Assembly: GCA_030649945.1 (NCBI GenBank)
Contig: JAUSFE010000104.1
Coordinates: 6,004 to 70,003, forward strand
Reading direction: 5' to 3'
From: Dehalococcoidia bacterium
GTDB taxonomy: Bacteria > Chloroflexota > Dehalococcoidia > SM23-28-2 > RBG-16-64-32
Length of the DNA stretch: 64,000 nt
Shown here: positions 48,477-57,354 of the stretch, piece after piece
Position numbering within the stretch: position 1 is the first letter of the stretch
How the letters are laid out: every line of letters begins with the position of its first letter
Notes under the pieces: generated by a model
Told to the model about the DNA's origin: nothing
Database searches by the model: none
Seen by the model: the letters and a program-made list of their open reading frames with translations, nothing else
Program-made: the position numbers and the translations under genes

Positions 48477-49113
48477 TCTCCAGCGGCTGCCACTCCAGCG
48501 TCACCGCCTTCAGGCCGGCGCGCTCGCCGCCGGACCCTTGCCACACGGCGAACGCCACCTTCCCCTGCTGCCCGGGGTGGAGCGCCGCCACGTCCGCCGT
48601 CTCCGCCCACATCCGGCGCGAAATCACCACGCTCCAGCCGCCGGCGCCGTAGACGCCGCGGCCGCTGACGCCGCCGTTCGCGCTGCGCACCGTGGTCCCG
48701 AGGCCGCGGGCCGTGACGCTGAACGGCGCCTCCAGGTCGGGCCGCCAGTACCAGGCGTTCACCGGGTAGTCCGGGGAGCCCATGCTCAGGAGCGGCGCAT
48801 CGCCCTTCACCGGGAGCAGCACCGCCGCCGCGTCCGGGAACTGGTCCGTGTCCGCAATCTCGTCGTCCTTCGTATCGTCCGCCCAGCTCAGGCGGAAGAA
48901 GATGGCTGCTTCGTTGTGCGCGGCCTGCACCGCCACCTGCTTCGTTACCCCGTAAGGCCGGTCCGCCCAGGAGGCCTGGACATAGAGGGACGGTTGAGCG
49001 CCCAATGGAGTCGGTTCAAGGAGCACAGTCTCCTGGGGGACCGGCCGCCATTCGGGGGCGGCGGGGTCCAGCAGCCGGGAGCTATCAGCGCTGAGACGCC
49101 TGACCCTAACCAC
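48466..49113 (-). CDS. EB_dh-family heme-b gamma subunit, second copy, without signal peptide
   Basis: ...LPVKGDAPLLSMGSPDYPVNAWYWR...AFAVWQGS...; paralogue of gamma1. Confidence 0.6.
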   Translation of the reverse strand: MVRVRRLSADSSRLLDPAAPEWRPVPQETVLLEPTPLGAQPSLYVQASWADRPYGVTKQVAVQAAHNEAAIFFRLSWADDTKDDEIADTDQFPDAAAVLLPVKGDAPLLSMGSPDYPVNAWYWRPDLEAPFSVTARGLGTTVRSANGGVSGRGVYGAGGWSVVISRRMWAETADVAALHPGQQGKVAFAVWQGSGGERAGLKAVTLEWQPLEIEG

Positions 49114-49303
49114 AACCCCAGTCTGGCCGCCGCCCCAGAGGCCCGTCTATCGGGCAGCGCCAGTCATTGGCCTGTGGGGAAAAGCCTGACCCTTGACGCC
49201 GCAGTTTGCCCGATAGACAGGCCCCGACGCCGGTCACGAGACTGAGACCTGACGGTAAGGAGACGGCAGCAGCCCCGCAGCGGGCTTAGGCGAGGAGCAG
49301 GCT

Positions 49304-50362
49304 ATGACCATCGATCTGAAAGAGGGCGCGCCCGCACAGGCGCAGCCCCTGGACCTGAGCTGGCTGGACCTGGAGAACACCTGGGGTGTCCGCGCCAAGC
49401 CCGGGCGCCGGGGCCTCACGCTGGAGGAGATCGAGATCGGCCCGAACGCCCCGGCGCCGACCACCGACAACCAGAGCGCGCGGACGCGCGGAGCGCTCCG
49501 GCGCAGCGCCGCGCCCAGGGTGGGGCACCCGTACACGGCCAAGTCAGAGGTCTGGGCGGCCAATGCGGCCATGCTCTACGAAGAGGCCGTGCAGCGCCAG
49601 TGGTCCTCCGCCACTGACATCCCCTGGGAGACCCTGCAACCGCTGCCCGATGACATGGAGCGGGCCATGTGCCAGCTCTGCACGTTTCTCACGGAGATCG
49701 AGTTCATCGCCGGCGACGTGCCCGGCATGTGGCTGCCGGAAGTGAACAGCGAGTACCACGAGATCAAGCTCTTCCTGCTCACCCAGATCATGGACGAGGC
49801 CCGCCACCTGGACGTCTTCCGCAAGCGGGCCTTCGCCAACGGCGGCGGCCTGCTCAGCGGCGGCCCCGGCCTGGGCCTGCGCGCGATCCTGGAGTCCACG
49901 AATTACTCGGAGATGTCGGCCCTCATGCACGTTCTGGCGGAAGGCTTCATCCAGTCCGTCTTCCGCATGGGCGAGTACATAGCCCAGAACGAGGCGGAGA
50001 AGCGTATCTTCCGGCTCTGCGCGCAGGACGAGTCCCGCCACGTGGCCTACGGCGTGATGCACCTGAAGTACCTGGGGGAGAACGAGCCCGAGCGGCGCGA
50101 GGAGGTGCACTACTACCTGGACCGCGCCGAGGGCGTCTTCAGCTTCGACGACAGCCCCGCCGCGGCGGACCTTTCGGAGGCGCTCGCCATCCTCATGGCC
50201 GGCGGCCTGAGCAACCTGGACCGCGGCATCCCGATGGCGATGGCCGTACGCCGCAAGCAGGTCAACGAGTACATGCATCGCCTGGACGTGGCCGGCTTCG
50301 GAGACCGCCGCGACCGCATGCACCCGCTGCTTAAGGCGTTCCTCGACCCACCCAGGAATTAA
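49304..50362 (+). CDS. Ferritin-like diiron-carboxylate protein (putative oxygenase/oxidase; family unresolved)
   Basis: Two ExxH motifs (MDEARHLDVF, AQDESRHVAYG) plus upstream Glu residues (TEIEF, LAEGF) in a helical scaffold; start may lie downstream of the annotated ATG. Confidence 0.55.
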   Translation: MTIDLKEGAPAQAQPLDLSWLDLENTWGVRAKPGRRGLTLEEIEIGPNAPAPTTDNQSARTRGALRRSAAPRVGHPYTAKSEVWAANAAMLYEEAVQRQWSSATDIPWETLQPLPDDMERAMCQLCTFLTEIEFIAGDVPGMWLPEVNSEYHEIKLFLLTQIMDEARHLDVFRKRAFANGGGLLSGGPGLGLRAILESTNYSEMSALMHVLAEGFIQSVFRMGEYIAQNEAEKRIFRLCAQDESRHVAYGVMHLKYLGENEPERREEVHYYLDRAEGVFSFDDSPAAADLSEALAILMAGGLSNLDRGIPMAMAVRRKQVNEYMHRLDVAGFGDRRDRMHPLLKAFLDPPRN

Positions 50363-50384
50363 CGTCCCACGCTAGGAGGCGGCG

Positions 50385-51977
50385 ATGCCCGACGCGACCT
50401 ACGACGCCATCATCATCGGGGCCGGCCATAACGGCATGGCCCTGGGCGCTTACCTGGCCAAGGGCGGCTGGGACGTCGCCATCTTCGAGAAACGAGCCGA
50501 GGAGGGCGGCGGCCTCTGCACAGAGGAGCTGACCCGCCCCGGCTTCCTGCACAACCTCCACTGCAACTACCACACGCTGGTGGGCGTCTGCCCCGTCTAC
50601 GACCACCTGGAGCTGGCAGACAAGCACGGCCTGCGTTACGTGCGGCCCCCCGTGCAGATGGCCTCCATCTTCAGCGATGGCACCGCCCTCACCGTGCACA
50701 CCGACCTGGAGAAGACGTGCGCCTCCATCGCCCGCTTCTCGCCGAAGGACGCAGACACCTTCCGCCGCCTGTACCAGGAGACGAAGGGCTACCTGGACAT
50801 GATCCTCCTCACCCTCATGTACACCCCGCCGATCTCCATGCGCGACATCACCAAGGCCCTGGTGTCGTGGGGCATCGAGGAGAAGAGCGAGTTCCTGAGC
50901 GTCCACCTGCGGCGCCTGAGCATCAACGAGTTCCTGGACCAGCACTTCGAGAACGAGCGGGTGAAGGCGCACCTGGCTTTTCACGCCTCGGTGGCCGGCT
51001 ACTCTACGGATCGCAAAGGGCTGGCGGTATCTCTCCCGCTGCTCATCGGCAAGATCGATAACTGGCACCTCTGCATCGGCGGCTCGCACGCGCTGGCCCA
51101 CGCCATCTGGGAATCCTTCGCCCAGGCGGGGGGCCGCGTTTTCCTGAACCACGGTGTGGACCAGATCCTGGTGGAAGACGGGAAGGCGGCAGGCGTCAGG
51201 CTGCAGGACGGCAGCGTCGCGCGCGCCCGCCACCTGGTGGCCAGCTCCATCAGCCTGGAGCAGACCTTCCTGCAGATGCTAGACCCCAAACTGCTGGCCG
51301 CAGAGTTCGTGAAGGAAGTGCAGGGCTTCCCGCATATGGACTGGTCCTTCTTTAGCGTGCACCTGGCCCTGGCGCGCAAGCCGGACTACAAGGCCGCGCA
51401 GTTCGATCCGGACGTGAACGACGCCTGGGTCATCAACCTGGGCTACGAATCCCCGGAGGACATCAACCGCCACTGGCGGGACGTGCGCGCCGGCAAGCTG
51501 CCGGACCCGCGGCCCAACGTCGCCGTCAACTCACTCTTCGACCCCACCGATGCGCCAGACGGCTCTTACACCGGCCTGATCCGGCACTTCGCCCCGTTCA
51601 GCCTGGCGACGGGCGGCCCCGAGGCCTGGGACGAGATGGCGGAAGGTTACGGCCGGCGCTGCATAGAGAAGTGGCAGGAGGCGGCCCCGAACCTGAACAA
51701 CGGCGCCATCCTGGACTGGGCCACGTACACCCCGCTCGACATCTCCCGCCGCATGCCCAACATGGTCCGCGGCGACTGGATGGGCGGCCTGATAGACCTG
51801 GACAACATGCTGGACCAGCGCCCCTTCCCGGCGCTCTCCCAGTACAAGAGCCCTATCGACAAGCTCTACATGTGCGGCGCCACCCAGCATCCGCACGGCT
51901 TCGTCACCTTCGCGCCCGCCTTCAACGCCCTCCAGGTCATCGCGGACGACTACGGGCTTGAGCGCTGGTGGAGGTGA
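50385..51977 (+). CDS. FAD-dependent oxidoreductase, phytoene-desaturase (CrtI)-like family, copy 1
   Basis: N-terminal Rossmann motif YDAIIIGAGHNGMALGAYLAKGGWDVAIFEKRAEEGGG; ~530 aa. Confidence 0.75.
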   Translation: MPDATYDAIIIGAGHNGMALGAYLAKGGWDVAIFEKRAEEGGGLCTEELTRPGFLHNLHCNYHTLVGVCPVYDHLELADKHGLRYVRPPVQMASIFSDGTALTVHTDLEKTCASIARFSPKDADTFRRLYQETKGYLDMILLTLMYTPPISMRDITKALVSWGIEEKSEFLSVHLRRLSINEFLDQHFENERVKAHLAFHASVAGYSTDRKGLAVSLPLLIGKIDNWHLCIGGSHALAHAIWESFAQAGGRVFLNHGVDQILVEDGKAAGVRLQDGSVARARHLVASSISLEQTFLQMLDPKLLAAEFVKEVQGFPHMDWSFFSVHLALARKPDYKAAQFDPDVNDAWVINLGYESPEDINRHWRDVRAGKLPDPRPNVAVNSLFDPTDAPDGSYTGLIRHFAPFSLATGGPEAWDEMAEGYGRRCIEKWQEAAPNLNNGAILDWATYTPLDISRRMPNMVRGDWMGGLIDLDNMLDQRPFPALSQYKSPIDKLYMCGATQHPHGFVTFAPAFNALQVIADDYGLERWWR

Positions 51978-51983
51978 GGCTGG

Positions 51984-52481
51984 TTGGCGGCCCCGGCCGT
52001 GCGGGTGAGGCTGGCCGATGGCGCCCGCAGCGGCCTGGCCAGCATGGTGCAGCAGTTCCTCGAGCAGGACCTGACGGACTTCGAGGGCAAGCGCCGGCGG
52101 GCCTCGCGCCTGCGGGGCAAGCTGGCGATGACGGCCGTGGACCACGAGGTTACCGTCACCCTGGAGTTCGCCGGCGACCAGATCAGCATCTGGGACGGCG
52201 AGCGCGCGCCGCTGGACGCCTCTATCGCCGGCCCCTACCGCTCGCTGGTCGGCCTGCTGCAGGGAGAATCGCACCCGCTCGTCGAGCACCTGCGCGGGCG
52301 GCTGCGCGTGCGCTCCAGCCTGCGCAAGCCTTTTTTCCCGCTGCGGGTGCACGGCCTGATGAAGCTGCCACCGGTAGAGCGCGAGGCCAGGGCGCGCCCG
52401 CTCTGGGCCTACGCAGCGGCGGCCGGCCTGGCGGCCGCAGCAATCTCGGGAGCGGTCGCGGCCGCTCTCCTGCTCACTTGA
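51984..52481 (+). CDS. SCP2 sterol/lipid-carrier-like domain protein
   Basis: ...ASIAGPYRSLVGLLQGESHPLVEHLRGRLRVRSSLRKPFFPL... resembles the SCP2 C-terminal alpha/beta sandwich. Confidence 0.5.
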   Translation: MAAPAVRVRLADGARSGLASMVQQFLEQDLTDFEGKRRRASRLRGKLAMTAVDHEVTVTLEFAGDQISIWDGERAPLDASIAGPYRSLVGLLQGESHPLVEHLRGRLRVRSSLRKPFFPLRVHGLMKLPPVEREARARPLWAYAAAAGLAAAAISGAVAAALLLT

Positions 52482-52493
52482 GGGAGGTCTGAC

Positions 52494-54098
52494 ATGCCGG
52501 ACGCCACATACGATGCGATAGTGATCGGCGGGGGCCACAACGGCCTCTGCACCGCCGCCTACCTGGCCCGCGCCGGCCTCAAGGTGGGCGTCTTCGAGCG
52601 CCGCCACGAGGAGGGCGGCGGCGCTCACACGGAAGAGGCCACGGTGCCGGGCTTCTGGCACAACCTCCATGCCCAGTACATGGAGTTCATCGATTACATG
52701 CCCTTCTACCACGACTTTGAGCTGCCCAAGTTCGGCGCCCGCATGATCAAGCCGGAGGCCCAGGTGGGCATCGCCTTCGCGGACGGCCGGCCGCCGCTGG
52801 TCATCTACACGCCGGAGTTCGAAGACCGGACGTACAAGAGCATCGCGCAGTTCTCCAAGCACGACGCGGAGGTCTTCACGGAGGTCCGGCGCAAGGTGCT
52901 GGCGAAGGACCAGTACCTCGCCGCCATGCTCTATACCCCGCCGCCCGACGAGTCCAGAAGCGAGACGGCCGGGGCGATCGCCGGCAAGCTGTTCGAGCTG
53001 TGGATGGAGCTGGGCTTCAAGCCGGGCGAGCTGCAGAAGTCGCCCAAAGTGCTGATCGACGACCTCTTCGAGTCCACGGAGATGCGGGCGGTCATGTACC
53101 GGCAGTGCATCGAGTGGGGGTCCAACCTTCACTCCGGCAACGGCGTGGGCTTCATCATCTCCGTCATCTGGCTCTGCGGCATCCACTACATGGCGGTCGG
53201 CGGCACCCATACCCTCGCCCACGCCATGGCCAGCGCCGCCCTGCATGAGGGCGTGGACCTGCGCTACAACGCCCCCGTGACCCAGATTCTGACCACCAAT
53301 AACCACACCACCGGCGTGCGCCTGAAGGACGGCCGGGTCATCGAAGCGAAGATCGTCGCCTCCAACGCGGACCCGCGGACGACGTTCATGGACATGATCG
53401 GCTGGGACAAGCTCTCGCTCTTCCGCAAGGAGCGCCTGGCCAACTGGCGCTTCGGCCCGGAGCACGTCCTGGGCACGCCTTCCTTCGCCTTGCACGAGCC
53501 GCCGGACTACAAGTCCGCAAAGCGCGACCCGGCCATCAACAAATGCTTCTACACGATCGTCGGCTTTGAGAACGCCCAGGAGGTCAACAACTACATAGAG
53601 CAGGCGTACGGCAGCCGCGTGCCGGAGACGCCCGGCGCCGGCACCTGGGTGAACACGCTGTGGGACCCCAGCCAGGCGCCGCCCGGCAAGCATGCCATGA
53701 ACGGCTGGTTCTTCTTCCCCAAGGCCTCCTCGCTGACGCCGGCCGAGTGGGACGACGTGCGCTCCACCTACAACAGCCGCTTCCTGAGCCTCTGGGCCCG
53801 GTACGCGCCCAATATGACCCGCGAGAACGTCATCGCCGAGAAGCTGTACGTCCCCTTCGACATCGAGAAGAAGATTGGCATGCCGGAGGGTGACTTTTCG
53901 CACGGGCGGCCCGGCTCCATGGTGCTGGGGGTCCCGCGCGCCTACAGCTACCGGACGGAGATCGAAGGCCTGTACATGTGCGGGGCCTCCGCGGGCGGCG
54001 GCGGCCTGAGCGCCGCGCCGGGCTACAACGCCTTCAAGGTCATCGCCGACGACAACGGCCTGGCGAAGGTCTGGCAGCGGGAGGACCGCATCTATTAG
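52494..54098 (+). CDS. FAD-dependent oxidoreductase, CrtI-like family, copy 2
   Basis: YDAIVIGGGHNGLCTAAYLARAGLKVGVFERRHEEGGG; paralogue of 50385-51977. Confidence 0.75.
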   Translation: MPDATYDAIVIGGGHNGLCTAAYLARAGLKVGVFERRHEEGGGAHTEEATVPGFWHNLHAQYMEFIDYMPFYHDFELPKFGARMIKPEAQVGIAFADGRPPLVIYTPEFEDRTYKSIAQFSKHDAEVFTEVRRKVLAKDQYLAAMLYTPPPDESRSETAGAIAGKLFELWMELGFKPGELQKSPKVLIDDLFESTEMRAVMYRQCIEWGSNLHSGNGVGFIISVIWLCGIHYMAVGGTHTLAHAMASAALHEGVDLRYNAPVTQILTTNNHTTGVRLKDGRVIEAKIVASNADPRTTFMDMIGWDKLSLFRKERLANWRFGPEHVLGTPSFALHEPPDYKSAKRDPAINKCFYTIVGFENAQEVNNYIEQAYGSRVPETPGAGTWVNTLWDPSQAPPGKHAMNGWFFFPKASSLTPAEWDDVRSTYNSRFLSLWARYAPNMTRENVIAEKLYVPFDIEKKIGMPEGDFSHGRPGSMVLGVPRAYSYRTEIEGLYMCGASAGGGGLSAAPGYNAFKVIADDNGLAKVWQREDRIY

Positions 54099-54161
54099 TG
54101 CACCGTTTCCAAGTCACCTTGACTGTACCCCGCTGTACTTTGAGCGCGGTGCCATCCCGTC

Positions 54162-54248
54162 TGTCATCCCGAGCACGACGGCATCTGCCACGCGGCTCTG
54201 CGCAGCTTCGCGAGGGATCTGGGGTGGGGCAGACCTGCGAGCGAGGGA
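54162..54248. repeat. Repeat element copy 2 (core 'cttcgcgagggatctggggtggggcagacc')
   Basis: Matches 221-250 near the window start; shares the flanking 'tgtcatcccgagc' motif. Confidence 0.55.
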
Positions 54249-54350
54249 CGATGGCGCGCCCAAACCCCTCGTGTACCGTCCCTCACTTCAAGGGTGCGCC
54301 GTGGCAAGGCTGTTCTTGAGACACTACACCAGGAGGTAAAGGGGAGTCTA

Positions 54351-54803
54351 ATGGCTGCAATCTATACAACGCAGTGGTACGAGGAGCTGAAAGAGCTCCT
54401 GAACGGCAACCCGGAGGTGGAGAGGAATGCCCCCAGGGGCAAGTACAGGGTGCTGGCGGAGATACTGGGGGACGGCTCTTCGCCCTACTTGAAGGAGGGC
54501 GAGCAGCGGTTCTTCACGGTGGACCTCACCGATGGCCGCTGCACGGAGTACCAGGAGGTGACGGAGGCGCCGCCGCGCAAGGCCTTCGACTTCATCTTCG
54601 AGGTCCCTGCCTCCATCTTCGAAGGCATCGCGGCCGGGCTGGTGGACCCCGTCAACGCCGGGCTCAAGGGGACGATCAAGATCACCGGGGACATGCGCAT
54701 CCTGATCCGGCACGCCGACCTCGTGAACGTCCTCTACGATATCTACGCCAGGGAAGTGGACACCAGCTGGCCCAGCGGCAGGCCGCCCTACGGCCAAAAC
54801 TAG
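54351..54803 (+). CDS. SCP2-like lipid-carrier domain protein
   Basis: ...ASIFEGIAAGLVDPVNAGLKGTIKITGDMRILIRHADLVNVL... SCP2 signature; AGGAGG RBS before the ATG at 54351. Confidence 0.55.
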   Translation: MAAIYTTQWYEELKELLNGNPEVERNAPRGKYRVLAEILGDGSSPYLKEGEQRFFTVDLTDGRCTEYQEVTEAPPRKAFDFIFEVPASIFEGIAAGLVDPVNAGLKGTIKITGDMRILIRHADLVNVLYDIYAREVDTSWPSGRPPYGQN

Positions 54804-54824
54804 CGGCGAATAACCAGCGCCGCC

Positions 54825-55250
54825 TCAGCCGGCGGCCGGCCAGCTCTCGGCCACCAGCTCGTCGAGCTGCGTCTCCGCCTGTTCCTTGGCGATGCAGGTG
54901 TAGCCCCAGCGCTTGCGCACGGCCTCCCGGTAATCGTCGGAGTACTCGCTCAGGAGGACGATCACGTGCAGCCTGGGAAAGGCATCTGCCAGGCGGCGCA
55001 GACGCGCGGCGCTCTGGTTGACTACGAGGTCGAAATCCAGCAGGGCGATATCCGGGTCGGTCCTGCGGGCCAGCCTCACGGCCTCCGTCAGCGTGGCCGC
55101 CTCACCCATGATGTTGCAGTGGGCGTGGTGGCTCAGCACGCGGCGCAGGGTCTCCCGGTAATGCGCGTTCCTGTCGGCAATCAGCACGCGGACCGGGGCG
55201 CACCCTCCGCGCGCCGATGGCGAAGGTCCGGATTTCCTCTGAATACTCAC
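54825..55250 (-). CDS. Stand-alone CheY-like receiver-domain protein
   Basis: VLIADRN...DIALLDFDL...VIVLLSEY...IAKE receiver signature residues. Confidence 0.55.
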   Translation of the reverse strand: MSIQRKSGPSPSARGGCAPVRVLIADRNAHYRETLRRVLSHHAHCNIMGEAATLTEAVRLARRTDPDIALLDFDLVVNQSAARLRRLADAFPRLHVIVLLSEYSDDYREAVRKRWGYTCIAKEQAETQLDELVAESWPAAG

Positions 55251-55399
55251 GGCTGATCAACCCCAAGCATCGGGCCGCAGGGGTCTCCCTGTCTGTCGGG
55301 CAATGGTAGACTTCCCTGTAAGGCAGCCCCTATCTGCGGTAGGGCGTCGCCCCACCGGCCTCCACCACCGCGATGCTATAATCAGGCTGCCAGCAAGAA

Positions 55400-56557
55400 G
55401 TGGAACTTAATGTGGTAGTGAACGCAGAGAAGATGTGGGAGCCCGCGGTCCGGGCGGTGGACCTTGGCCAGACCCTACAGGCGCTCGCACACGGAGAGCG
55501 ACTGAAGATAGTGCGCTTCCTCCTTAACCGCGAGGCCACCGCCGGGGAGATAGCGGACGCCCTGGCGATCGGCGCCGGGCAGGCCCGTCGCCAGCTGCGC
55601 GCCCTCACCGCGGCCGGCCTGGTGGATTCCTATCCCAGCGCTGAGGGCGAGCGCTTCAAGCTGGACCAGCAGGCGGTAGCGCTGGTCAGTGCCTCCGTGG
55701 TCCGCCTGCTGACGCCTCCGCCCGGCGGCGCCAGACGCCCGGTCCTGGCCGGCAGCGACGGCGCCGACGTGTTCACCATTCGCGTTCCCGATGCGCCTGA
55801 CGCCTGCCTTTCCTGCCAGAACTCCCCTTTCGTGGCGAAGGTCCTGGACGACCTCGACACCGTGCTGCGCGAGGCGCGCGCCTACCACTCCCGCCTGCTC
55901 CAGCTCTCCTCGCAGGTGCTGACCGCCCACGAGGCGGAACGCAAGCGCATCGCCCGCGAGCTGCACGACGATACGGCCCAGTCCCTTACCTCTATCCTCG
56001 TCCGCCTGCGGCTGCTGGAGCGCTCTCTGAAGAGCAGCGAATCGCGGCGCAAGGTGGAGGAGCTGCACGACCTGACCGGCACGGCGCTCGATTCCGTGCG
56101 GCGGATGGCGGTGGACCTGCGCCCCACGGCCCTCGACGACCTGGGCCTGGAAGCTGCCCTCCGCTCCTACATCGAGAATTTCTGCTCCAGTTGGCCGGTG
56201 CAGGTGCGTTTCTCCACGACCAACATCCGGCGCCGGCTGCCCCCGGACGTCGAGCTGGTGCTCTACCGCGTGGCGCAGGAGGCCCTGTCCAACATCGCCA
56301 AACACTCCTCTGCCAGCTCGGCTGAGGTCTCCCTGGGCAGGCGCAACAACATTGTGACCCTGACGATCAGAGATGACGGACGCGGCTTTGACCCGGCCAA
56401 CCTGACGCCGTCGTCCGGCGGCGGGCTCGGCCTCTTCGGCATGCGCGAGCGCATGAGCCTGGTCGGCGGATCGCTGGAGATCGATTCGGCGCCGGACAGC
56501 GGCGCCCGGATTACGGGCCGCGTCTCTTTACGCGGGCGGGCCGGGGCTGCAAGATAG
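55400..56557 (+). CDS. Cytoplasmic sensor histidine kinase (HisKA_3/NarX-type) fused to an N-terminal ArsR-type HTH domain
   Basis: N-terminus ...LKIVRFLLNREATAGEIADALAIGAGQARRQLRALTAAGLV; H-box ELHDDTAQSLTSI; HATPase_c G-boxes; no TM segments. Confidence 0.75.
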   Translation: MELNVVVNAEKMWEPAVRAVDLGQTLQALAHGERLKIVRFLLNREATAGEIADALAIGAGQARRQLRALTAAGLVDSYPSAEGERFKLDQQAVALVSASVVRLLTPPPGGARRPVLAGSDGADVFTIRVPDAPDACLSCQNSPFVAKVLDDLDTVLREARAYHSRLLQLSSQVLTAHEAERKRIARELHDDTAQSLTSILVRLRLLERSLKSSESRRKVEELHDLTGTALDSVRRMAVDLRPTALDDLGLEAALRSYIENFCSSWPVQVRFSTTNIRRRLPPDVELVLYRVAQEALSNIAKHSSASSAEVSLGRRNNIVTLTIRDDGRGFDPANLTPSSGGGLGLFGMRERMSLVGGSLEIDSAPDSGARITGRVSLRGRAGAAR

Positions 56558-56563
56558 GTCGCG

Positions 56564-57220
56564 ATGGAAAGTAAGATCCGCATCCTCCTGGCAGATGACC
56601 ACGCCATCCTGCGCTCCGGCTTGAAGGCTCTGCTGAACATGGAGCCGGACCTGAAGGTGGTGGGCGAGGCGTCCAATGGCCGCGAGGCGGTGGACATGGG
56701 GCGGACCCTGAAGCCGGACGTCATCGTCATGGACATCTCCATGCCGGAGATGGACGGCCTCAAGGCGGCGCAGGAGATGCACAACACCGGCCTCGCCTCC
56801 AAGATCGTCATGCTCACCGTCCACGCCGACGAGGACTACCTTTTTCAAACCCTCAGGTTCGGCGCCTCCGGCTACGTCCTCAAGAGCTCCGCCGACACCG
56901 AACTGATAGACGCCATCCGCACCGCGCACCGCGGAGAGGTCTTCCTCTACCCCTCGGCGGTCAAGAAGCTCCTCGGTGAGTACCTGAAGGGCGGCAGCGA
57001 GGGCCGGGAGGAGCGCGACGTCCTCACCAGCCGCGAGCGCGAGGTGCTGAAGCTGACGGCGGAGGGCTTCACGAACAACGAGATCGCCGAGCAACTGGTG
57101 ATCAGCCCCAAGACGGTGGACACTTACCGCCAGCGCATCATGGAGAAGCTGAACCTGCACCACCGCTCAGAGCTCGTCCGCTACGCGCTGCGCAAGGGCC
57201 TCCTGGTTCCCCAGGAGTAA
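56564..57220 (+). CDS. NarL/FixJ (LuxR)-family response regulator
   Basis: Receiver ...ILLADDH...VIVMDISMP...; C-terminal LuxR HTH ...LTSREREVLKLTAEGFTNNEIAEQLVISPKTVDTYRQRIMEKL. Confidence 0.9.
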   Translation: MESKIRILLADDHAILRSGLKALLNMEPDLKVVGEASNGREAVDMGRTLKPDVIVMDISMPEMDGLKAAQEMHNTGLASKIVMLTVHADEDYLFQTLRFGASGYVLKSSADTELIDAIRTAHRGEVFLYPSAVKKLLGEYLKGGSEGREERDVLTSREREVLKLTAEGFTNNEIAEQLVISPKTVDTYRQRIMEKLNLHHRSELVRYALRKGLLVPQE

Positions 57221-57354
57221 CCCCACATCCACTGTCGGGTAAATTCCGACCGTAAGTCCCGCTCCGCCTGACAGACGCCGCCCCGTCCCGCTGCCTAATG
57301 TGGTGCCAGACAGGGGCGAGGCCGCCACGGCTGCCCGCTCAGAAAGGGACGCGG

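Noticed and set aside
38386-49113. Interpretation of the Mo-enzyme cluster as a respiratory nitrate reductase or nitrite oxidoreductase (NarGHJI/NxrABC)
   Set aside because: Beta subunits are ~350 aa rather than the ~500-aa NarH/NxrB. Gamma subunits are EB_dh-family soluble heme-b proteins, not NarI-type membrane cytochromes. Alpha length (~930-1040 aa) fits the EBDH/Ddh/Ser clade rather than the ~1200-aa NarG.
51531-53903. 790-aa minus-strand ORF antisense to the second CrtI-like gene and the SCP2 gene
   Set aside because: Plus-strand genes have a clear FAD-binding Rossmann motif and RBS; the antisense frame is low complexity.
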